In this document: in pieces, positions 1 through 6,840 of the stretch
Layout of the letters: the number at the start of each line of letters is the position of its first letter
Numbering within the stretch: position 1 is the first letter of the stretch
Assembly (NCBI GenBank): GCA_029856365.1
Contig: JAHQWW010000118.1
Location: 1-12,155, forward strand
Length of the DNA stretch: 12,155 nt
Source: Candidatus Hodarchaeota archaeon
Lineage (GTDB): Archaea > Asgardarchaeota > Heimdallarchaeia > Hodarchaeales > Hodarchaeaceae
Reading direction: 5' to 3'
The notes under the pieces: generated by a model
What the model saw: only the letters and a program-made list of their open reading frames with translations
Database searches by the model: none
What the model was told of the DNA's origin: nothing
Program-made: the position numbers and the translations under genes

Positions 1-3000
1 CTTGTGATTACTCCTCCGAGTCCCACAACAACCACGGATCTTAATGCGAGTTGGGATGACACAGACGCGGATAGCGATAGCCTTACGTACACCATTCGGT
101 GGTATATCGTGGGCGTGGGGTTGCAAGCCGCATATAACGATTTAAGGACTGTTCCTGCGAGTTCAACCGTGAAAGGCCAGACCTGGTACTATAACCTTAC
201 CGCATTCGATGGAGATACTTACTCCCCAGAAAAAAGCTCTTCCCAGATTGTCATCTTCAATTCTCCTCCTGAAATTGATTCGCTCGAAGTCACAACTAAT
301 CCTACGACCATGAATGATCTTATTGCCAGTTGGAATGCCAATGATAATGATACTATAGATAATTTGACGTTCAATGTCACCTGGTACCTTGGTGGGGAGG
401 TGAATTGCAGCTGGCTAACTTCTGTTCCTAGTGTGACATTGGACGCTGGAAATACAACCAAAAATCAGAATTGGAATGTGACAGTGCAGGCGTATGATGG
501 AGAGGTTTATTCCAGTATTCTGTCTTTAACCAGTACTATCATTATCTTCAATTCTAAACCCACGGTAACGAATCCCTCCTTCAATAACACCATTCCCGAT
601 GAGGGTGACGATTTTCATATAACTTACACCTTTATAGATGTGGATGTTGGGGATGTTGAGTATCAGGGGGAGGTAATTGTCTATTGGTATGTTAACTGGA
701 ATTATAATGCTAGCTTCCAAAATCAGACCACGATTTATGCCGCGAATACCACTGCTACAGAAGTGTGGTACTATATCGTCAGGGTGTTTGATGGCGAAAC
801 TTACAGTGATAATGTCACCTCCGAACAGGGGGTTTACATTGGGGGTGGCGGTACCAACACCCGTCCGATGGCCATTGATTTAACGGTATCCCCTACTTTT
901 CCTCAAACCCATGAAGCTCTTATTGCGAATTATACTTTCTCTGATGTCGATGCTGACCCTCAAGTCGCTTATGAAATTCGCTGGTATAGGAATTCTGGCA
1001 CAGGCTTCCAGCTCCAATCTCAGTACAATAATTTGTACATTGTTCCCGCCAGTGCCACCTCCAAGGGGCAACAGTGGAATTTTACGGTCAGAGTCTTTGA
1101 TGGTATTCATTGGAGTGAGCTCAATGTTTCCACCACTATTACGATCGCGAATACGGGCCCTGAGGTTAAGAATGCAGGAATTACTTCTAGTCCCAAAACA
1201 ACTGATAATCTCATAGCTGCTTGGACTTCCAGCGATAATGATAGTGATAGTTTGACCTTTATCCTCACCTGGTATGTAAATGGGATTGAAAACACAACAT
1301 TCGCTAATAAGACGCTGATCGAAGCTGGAAACACCACGAAGGGTGAAAAGTGGTATTTCACGGTTCAAGCATATGATGGCGAAGGCCTATCTAGTGTTAT
1401 ATCCCTAGCTGAGAACATCACTATTCTGAATACTGCCCCCTTGGCAAGCAACCTGACTCTCACAGCTAATCCCACCACTCTTGATGATTTGGTTGCAGCT
1501 TGGGATTACTTCGATATTGATGGCGATATCAGAGATGATGCTTCAGCGCGGATTAACTGGTTCAAGAACGGAGAGAATCAAACTGCCTTGACAAATCAGA
1601 AAATCGTTGGAGCTACCAATACCTCTAAGAATCAGGTTTGGTGGTTCACAGTTCGTGTATTTGATGGGGAGAACTATTCTGGGCTTTATGAGTCAGCTCA
1701 CATCCAGATCCTGAATAGTATTCCTGTGGTAAAAAACTTGGAAATTAGTATTTCAAATCCCAAGACGACAGATGAATTAGTTGCACAGTGGGATGATGAA
1801 GATAATGATAGCGACATCTTAAGCTATACTATCAAATGGTACAGAAATACTGTTTATCAACCCAATTGGGATGATGAAATTACTATTCCCGCTAGTGCCA
1901 CTTCTAAGGGAGAAACCTGGTATTATATCCTGAAAACGTTTGATGGGAGCGACTATTCCTCAGAGGAGACCCTTACACCTGGTGTACTCATTCTTAATAC
2001 CGTCCCCGTCGTTGAAGACCTTATATTAACCATAGATCCTCACACAACTGATGATCTTGCAGCTAGTTGGTCTTCGAGTGATAATGATAGTGACTTTCTG
2101 ACTTTTATCCTCACCTGGTATATAAATGGGATCGAAAACACAACGTTTGCTAATAAGACACTGATCAAGGCTGGAAACACTACCAAAGGGGAGAAATGGT
2201 ATTTCACGGTTCAAGCATATGATGGCGAAGGATTATCCAGTATAATATCACTACCAGCGAATATCACTATTCTGAACACCGCCCCAACAGCGAGTAATTT
2301 AACTATTACGACCAATCCTACTACTCTTGATGATTTAATTGCAGATTGGGATTACTTCGACATAGACAATGATCTCAGAAACGATACATTGGCACGGATC
2401 AGCTGGTTCAAGAACGGGGAAAACCAAACCGCCTTGGCCAATCAAAAAATCGTTGGGGCTACCAATACCTCCAAGAATCAGGTCTGGTGGTTTAAAGTTC
2501 GTGTATTCGACGGGGAAAACTATTCGCTAGGCGTCTACGAGTCAGCACACATTTCCATTCAGAATGCGGTACCCTATAATGCCTCTGCTCTACCCCTCCC
2601 GACGAACCCTACGAAAGCAACTGGATTAGTGTTGAATCTTCCTGCAATACTTGCTGCGCTCTCGGACCCTGATCCGAGTGATGATCTCGAAGTAGTTAGG
2701 ATTCGCTGGTATAAAGAAGGAGTGTTACAGAGTACGTTAAATGATTCATTGATCGTACCTGGCACTCGATTAACCAAGGGAGAGGTTTGGAACTATTCGA
2801 TTGTACCTTTCGATGGGGTTGACTATGGTTTGGTATGTATGTCCGCTGAGATAGTCATCTTAAACTCTAGGCCAACCATCATCAACACTTATTTCACAGA
2901 AACAACCGTTACTACCATTAGTGATCTTGTGATCAGCTTTCAAGCCGAGGATGCCGATGGAGATAATATTACTATCTCAGGGGTGCGATGGTCCCGATAT

Positions 3001-4983
3001 GAATCTCTGAGTTGGGTGCATAATGCTACGTATGATGATTATGTGAGCCTCCCCGCTTCTGCTACTACCAAAGGGGAGAGCTGGAAATTTGAGCTTGCAG
3101 TCTCTGATGATACAGATCAATCGGTATGGAGAGAGGCCGCGAAAGAGGTGGATATTATCAATAGTGAACCCCGTATTGATCCTTATAGTATCACTCTGAC
3201 AGGGGGTACCACGACCTCTGATCCTCTCCAGGTGAATTATACGTGGTATGACGATGATCCAGAGGATAGCAATACCCAGACGATTATTACCTGGGAGAAC
3301 AGTGGTGACTATCTAGAAGATACATATAGCACTACTTTGCCTGCAGAAAACACCACTGCAGGGGAGAAATGGTGGGTGACGATCACTCCCTTTGATGGTG
3401 AGGTATATGGCGATTATGTCAACAGTAAGCGGTATGGAATAAGTATCATTATTGGTAACACCCCGCCCAATCTCGCGCCTGAAAACATCGAGATTAGCGG
3501 GGAGATGAATGGTACGGAATATCAAGGGACGAGTTTTGGGACGGTCTTCAATCTCAATCTTCATTATACTGCATCCGATCTGGATGGTGACCAAGGGGTT
3601 CCTGCGTATGGGTTATCTATCGTCGATGGTTTCGCCGTGGGATCCGAGTATCGGTGGTACCGTAACCGTTCGGGGGTTGTAACGCCTCTCTCGGTGTTAA
3701 ATGATGAGGTTACTGTCCCCTTCTACTATACTCAAAAAGGGGATATTTGGTGGGTTCAGGTTCGGCCCAGAGACTTTTATGGGGACTTTGGGATGCCTCG
3801 AAATTCTTCGCAAATTTCTATTGGAAACACAGCTCCTCAGATAGCAGAGTTACACTGGGTGCAACTCACTTATTATACGACCAATGATTTGTCGTTTGGG
3901 TATACATTCTTTGATTACGATACCGAGGACGTTCAACAGGGGATTATCATCCACTGGTATCGAAATGGCACTCATCTGCCTGAATTTGACGACAATACTG
4001 CGATTGTCTCTCAGTTCACAAAAAAAGGGGAAGCATGGTATACTAATATTAGCGTCTTTGATGGCGAATCCTACAGTGCTTGGTATTATTTACTTAATAT
4101 TACTATCCAGAATTCTCCCCCGACTGCAACAAGCATCTTCATAATCCCCCTATCTCCCAACACCACTCAACCTCTGGTGGCAACATGGCTTTTTAATGAT
4201 GTTGATAATGACTCTGAAAATCGAATCGCAGTGCTCATTCAATGGTATCGCAATGGGATCTTTGTGGACAATCTCACGAATAGTCAAACTGTGCCTTCTA
4301 CTCTTACTAATCGGGAGGAAAGCTGGTACTTCACGATCCAAGTCACTGATGGCTATAATTATTCCATTACCATTTATAAATCGAATACCATTACCATTAT
4401 CAACTCGGCGCCCATCGCGGTCGATCTTCAGATCAACCAGGGGGCCCTTAGTATCTATACAACTGACTTTCTAGCTCTGACCTGGAACTTTACAGATCCA
4501 GACGTTTTTGATATTGAGGATACATCCTCTGCTTTAATCCTCTGGTATTTAAATGGCATTGAGCAGTCAGCGTTCACAAATGACACGGAGATTCCTGCAA
4601 GTTATGTGGTGAAAGGGCAGCAATGGATGGTTTCAATCCGAGTCTGTGACAATGGAGGGTTATGGAGTGAGTTCCTGAATTCGTCTCTTGTGGTGATCAA
4701 GAACTCTGTTCCTACAATTACTATTCATGGGACCGCCCATCCTGAATTCATTATAGAGGATGAAGCGTTAGAAATCAATAGTAGCTTTTATAGCTATACT
4801 GATGAAGATGGGGATGAGGATCAACCGATCATCGCGTGGTATTGCAATGAGGCATTAATGTACCAAGACATCTGGGTTCTCTTGGCCAATGATACTGTTC
4901 CAGGGGATGTCTGGTATTATACGATTCAACCCTTTGATGGCACTGATTTTGGGGTTGAACACACCTCCCCTGAAATCTCTATT
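1..4983 (+). repeat. 17 tandem cadherin/Ig-like protein repeats (first one partial), mostly ~93-102 aa
   Basis: Consensus N-x-x-P...P-x-T-x-D-x-L...W/Y...D-x-D-x-D...W-Y-x-N-G...T-x-K-G-E/Q-x-W...V-x-x-F/Y-D-G...S...I-x-I. Repeat-start Asn codons lie at 259, 550, 856, 1150, 1429, 1714, 1996, 2275, 2563, 2863, 3160, 3457, 3826, 4111, 4402 and 4702. NxxP linkers and DxD motifs resemble the Ca2+-binding motifs of cadherin-like domains. Confidence 0.88.
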
Positions 4984-6399
4984 GAGAGTCGGCCTGTGAT
5001 TCATAGCTTTGTCGCGACTGCCTTTCCTGACACCGAGGGGCACTACGAATTGGAAATCAATGTTACAGATTCTCACAATGAGATTAAACAGGTGGAATTC
5101 CTCTTGAGCCTCAATACGACCACGGGACTCTCTCCTTTCATTGTTACTTCGCCTAAGAGTCCTGACTCAACCCTTTGGTTTCTTGATTATTCTTTGGATA
5201 CGTATTCCTATCTTGAGACCCCGACTCTGGTCACGGTGACCGTGGTGACCGAAGTCACCTATTCCATCACCTATGAAATCCAATTGATCCAAACATTCAC
5301 CTTTACTCTCGAGGATAAAGCACCTCCACGTGTTCTCAATGCTTATTTTGAAATGAATGATGAGCTTAATCCCACCAACCTCACCTTTTATGCTGAGATC
5401 CAGGACTTTGGCTCAGGGATTGCAGAAGTCATTCTTTCTTATTACTTCCGCCCGAGTGACGAGCTCAACCAGACGGGGGGGAATGGCGCTACCTACCTTC
5501 AAAACGATCTTGAGTGGCTGGAGGTGCCTATGACGATTCAAGCTACCAATGAAAGCGGGAATTTCATCCTGTATATAGTAACAGTGGACTTTGTCCAAGC
5601 AACCTCAAACCTCGATATTATCTATCGGATCTCGACTGAGGATGTCGTGGGGAATAGTAATCCAGTTGCGTTTGACATTCGAGACTATCCCGAACGCCTT
5701 GAGGCTCAAAGATTTATCTATAAACCTCCAGGTTTGCCAGAGTGGGTTCTCCTCGTGGCTGGCCTGGTTATATTCGTTATTTTTATTGGCTCCATAGTCT
5801 ACGTGAAATTCATTCGTAAACCAGAGCTTGTAGGCCTGGATAAAGAATTGGTTCTGGCCAAAATCTCGGACATCACTGAGGCGGAGGTGCTGGAATCACT
5901 GGATGCCCATACCATTGGCGTGATTGTCAGCTTTTTCGACCAGAGACATGGCCCAATCCCAATTATTATAATTCCGGAGATCCTGAAAGACAATTTCACG
6001 AAACTGGTAGATCTCTCGGATCGTTCATTCAGTGGGACTGGGTTTGCTGATGACTTTGGTGTTGAGATCCCCTCGAGCTATGACTTCGTGTTGTCCCATG
6101 GGATTCGTACCAGTGTCATGTCCTTCGGGTTTGCCCTAGAGCGGCCCGACTCTAGAGGAGGCCAGGAGAATCTTACCTGCAACATTATCATCCACCAAGA
6201 TCTCTTTCCATTAGTGCAGTCCTTCCAGAACGAGATTAAACGAAAAGTCCATGCGATTCATGTGAGAATGGATAAAAATCCTTCGGAAAAAGATGAAATC
6301 CGCAAAGAAGTCTTTACACTTCGGAAATACGTGTCGTCCATTGTATTGTCTTATGCAAATATTTATGGTACCACTGAACTGATAGAAGAGGAAAACTGA
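1..6399 (+). CDS. 5'-truncated giant single-pass surface glycoprotein (>2132 aa): cadherin/Ig-like repeat stalk, TM helix, cytoplasmic longin/uDENN-like domain
   Basis: Frame +1 is open from base 1 (CTT GTG ATT...) to TGA at 6397-6399. The translation begins in the middle of a repeat with no signal peptide, so the GTG at 4 is not the true start. It contains tandem beta-rich repeats, a 21-aa hydrophobic segment followed by KFIRK, and an alpha/beta C-terminal domain. Confidence 0.95.
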   Translation, partial: LVITPPSPTTTTDLNASWDDTDADSDSLTYTIRWYIVGVGLQAAYNDLRTVPASSTVKGQTWYYNLTAFDGDTYSPEKSSSQIVIFNSPPEIDSLEVTTNPTTMNDLIASWNANDNDTIDNLTFNVTWYLGGEVNCSWLTSVPSVTLDAGNTTKNQNWNVTVQAYDGEVYSSILSLTSTIIIFNSKPTVTNPSFNNTIPDEGDDFHITYTFIDVDVGDVEYQGEVIVYWYVNWNYNASFQNQTTIYAANTTATEVWYYIVRVFDGETYSDNVTSEQGVYIGGGGTNTRPMAIDLTVSPTFPQTHEALIANYTFSDVDADPQVAYEIRWYRNSGTGFQLQSQYNNLYIVPASATSKGQQWNFTVRVFDGIHWSELNVSTTITIANTGPEVKNAGITSSPKTTDNLIAAWTSSDNDSDSLTFILTWYVNGIENTTFANKTLIEAGNTTKGEKWYFTVQAYDGEGLSSVISLAENITILNTAPLASNLTLTANPTTLDDLVAAWDYFDIDGDIRDDASARINWFKNGENQTALTNQKIVGATNTSKNQVWWFTVRVFDGENYSGLYESAHIQILNSIPVVKNLEISISNPKTTDELVAQWDDEDNDSDILSYTIKWYRNTVYQPNWDDEITIPASATSKGETWYYILKTFDGSDYSSEETLTPGVLILNTVPVVEDLILTIDPHTTDDLAASWSSSDNDSDFLTFILTWYINGIENTTFANKTLIKAGNTTKGEKWYFTVQAYDGEGLSSIISLPANITILNTAPTASNLTITTNPTTLDDLIADWDYFDIDNDLRNDTLARISWFKNGENQTALANQKIVGATNTSKNQVWWFKVRVFDGENYSLGVYESAHISIQNAVPYNASALPLPTNPTKATGLVLNLPAILAALSDPDPSDDLEVVRIRWYKEGVLQSTLNDSLIVPGTRLTKGEVWNYSIVPFDGVDYGLVCMSAEIVILNSRPTIINTYFTETTVTTISDLVISFQAEDADGDNITISGVRWSRYESLSWVHNATYDDYVSLPASATTKGESWKFELAVSDDTDQSVWREAAKEVDIINSEPRIDPYSITLTGGTTTSDPLQVNYTWYDDDPEDSNTQTIITWENSGDYLEDTYSTTLPAENTTAGEKWWVTITPFDGEVYGDYVNSKRYGISIIIGNTPPNLAPENIEISGEMNGTEYQGTSFGTVFNLNLHYTASDLDGDQGVPAYGLSIVDGFAVGSEYRWYRNRSGVVTPLSVLNDEVTVPFYYTQKGDIWWVQVRPRDFYGDFGMPRNSSQISIGNTAPQIAELHWVQLTYYTTNDLSFGYTFFDYDTEDVQQGIIIHWYRNGTHLPEFDDNTAIVSQFTKKGEAWYTNISVFDGESYSAWYYLLNITIQNSPPTATSIFIIPLSPNTTQPLVATWLFNDVDNDSENRIAVLIQWYRNGIFVDNLTNSQTVPSTLTNREESWYFTIQVTDGYNYSITIYKSNTITIINSAPIAVDLQINQGALSIYTTDFLALTWNFTDPDVFDIEDTSSALILWYLNGIEQSAFTNDTEIPASYVVKGQQWMVSIRVCDNGGLWSEFLNSSLVVIKNSVPTITIHGTAHPEFIIEDEALEINSSFYSYTDEDGDEDQPIIAWYCNEALMYQDIWVLLANDTVPGDVWYYTIQPFDGTDFGVEHTSPEISIESRPVIHSFVATAFPDTEGHYELEINVTDSHNEIKQVEFLLSLNTTTGLSPFIVTSPKSPDSTLWFLDYSLDTYSYLETPTLVTVTVVTEVTYSITYEIQLIQTFTFTLEDKAPPRVLNAYFEMNDELNPTNLTFYAEIQDFGSGIAEVILSYYFRPSDELNQTGGNGATYLQNDLEWLEVPMTIQATNESGNFILYIVTVDFVQATSNLDIIYRISTEDVVGNSNPVAFDIRDYPERLEAQRFIYKPPGLPEWVLLVAGLVIFVIFIGSIVYVKFIRKPELVGLDKELVLAKISDITEAEVLESLDAHTIGVIVSFFDQRHGPIPIIIIPEILKDNFTKLVDLSDRSFSGTGFADDFGVEIPSSYDFVLSHGIRTSVMSFGFALERPDSRGGQENLTCNIIIHQDLFPLVQSFQNEIKRKVHAIHVRMDKNPSEKDEIRKEVFTLRKYVSSIVLSYANIYGTTELIEEEN
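1150..2562 (+). repeat. DNA-level intragenic duplication: repeats 5-6 (1150-1713) vs repeats 8-9 (1996-2562), offset 846 nt
   Basis: The peptides are near-identical (LTFILTWYV/INGIENTTFANKTLI; WFKNGENQTALT/ANQKIVGATNTSKNQVWWF). The exact 35-mer tggtatttcacggttcaagcatatgatggcgaagg occurs at 1351-1385 and 2197-2231. Confidence 0.92.
4984..5700 (+). other. Two membrane-proximal Ig-like beta-sandwich domains distinct from the stalk repeat
   Basis: SRPVIHS...LEINVTD...IKQVEF and DKAPPRV...FYAEIQDFGSGIAEVILSY...YRISTEDVVGN. The second has the D-x-x-P-P ... D-x-x-SG ... D-x-x-G-N pattern common in prokaryotic Ig-like domains. Confidence 0.6.
5743..5805 (+). other. Single transmembrane helix of ORF1
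   Basis: WVLLVAGLVIFVIFIGSIVYV (21 uncharged residues) followed by KFIRKP. The positive-inside rule places the C-terminus in the cytoplasm. Confidence 0.9.
5914..6399 (+). other. Cytoplasmic longin/uDENN-like domain (folliculin/SMCR8/NPRL2-like)
   Basis: The order fits the longin topology b1-b2-a1-b3-b4-b5-a2-a3: IGVIVSFFDQRHGPIPIIIIP, helix KLVDLSDRSF, strands EIPSSYDF and TSVMSFGFAL, loop ERPDSRGG, strand ENLTCNIIIH, then two amphipathic helices. The F-x-x-x-x-G-P hairpin and the RG loop match DENN-family longin motifs recalled from memory; no search was run. Confidence 0.72.
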
Positions 6400-6713
6400 A
6401 GATTATTGCCAAGTGATAAAAAATGTATAGATAGAGTTCTTTGAATCATTCTCAATCATAACAAAAGAGCATTGAAAGCACTTAAATTCTAAGAGATAAG
6501 ACAAAAATAACCATACATTTCTGATATCTCATTTTAATTCGCATTTACCTGCAGTCACGACTAATTTATTGAAAATATCCAATGAAATTCCTCTAGAATC
6601 ACTTGATCTTGATTTTATTATAAAAATCTTGATTTTGTGGAAGGATTATCTAGTTTTATTTTAAAATCTGGGTCTATTGAGGTTTACAAAAATTCATGCA
6701 TGGTTAAGGTGAC

Positions 6714-6741
6714 TTTTTTCTTTGTTTTTTCTTTGTATTTT
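6714..6741 (+). terminator. Oligo-T tract, candidate archaeal-type intrinsic terminator
   Basis: TTTTTTCTTTG occurs twice in tandem (6714-6724, 6725-6735), followed by TATTTT, with a T8 run at 6780-6787. It lies ~315 nt past the ORF1 stop, so the assignment is weak. Confidence 0.3.
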
Positions 6742-6794
6742 AAAAAATAAGACGCCATTATCCGACAACAGGTTCACACTTTTTTTTCCATTAT

Positions 6795-6833
6795 TTTTTA
6801 TAGGGTTAAATCATTTCAAAGATTTTTGGAGAG
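6795..6833 (+). promoter_or_regulatory. Candidate TATA box and Shine-Dalgarno sequence for ORF2
   Basis: TTTTTATA at 6795-6802. GGAGAG at 6828-6833 lies 7 nt before the GTG at 6841. The region is AT-rich, so TATA-like matches can arise by chance. Confidence 0.4.
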
Positions 6834-6840
6834 TAAATAG

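Noticed and set aside
4-6. GTG at 4 as the start codon of ORF1
   Set aside because: The frame is open to base 1, the translation starts mid-repeat and there is no signal peptide, so the gene begins upstream of the window.
1150-2562. Diversity-generating retroelement TR/VR pair or CRISPR-like array
   Set aside because: Both copies are in-frame coding sequence, the mismatches are not adenine-specific and many are synonymous. No reverse transcriptase, cas gene or repeat-spacer structure is present in the window.
219-5999. Short ORFs (60-162 aa) on both strands overlapping ORF1
   Set aside because: They are fully nested in a well-supported gene and have no recognisable motifs. Their mutual similarity (MNREIP.../MDREVP...) only mirrors the antisense of the repeated W-Y-F-T-V codons.
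6154-6162. RGG as an RNA-binding RGG box
   Set aside because: It is a single occurrence inside a folded-looking domain and is better explained as the longin b4-b5 loop.
6400-6840. Small gene, tRNA or structured ncRNA in the spacer
   Set aside because: The spacer is very AT-rich, has no ORF in the supplied track, and shows no cloverleaf or GC-rich stem that I could identify.
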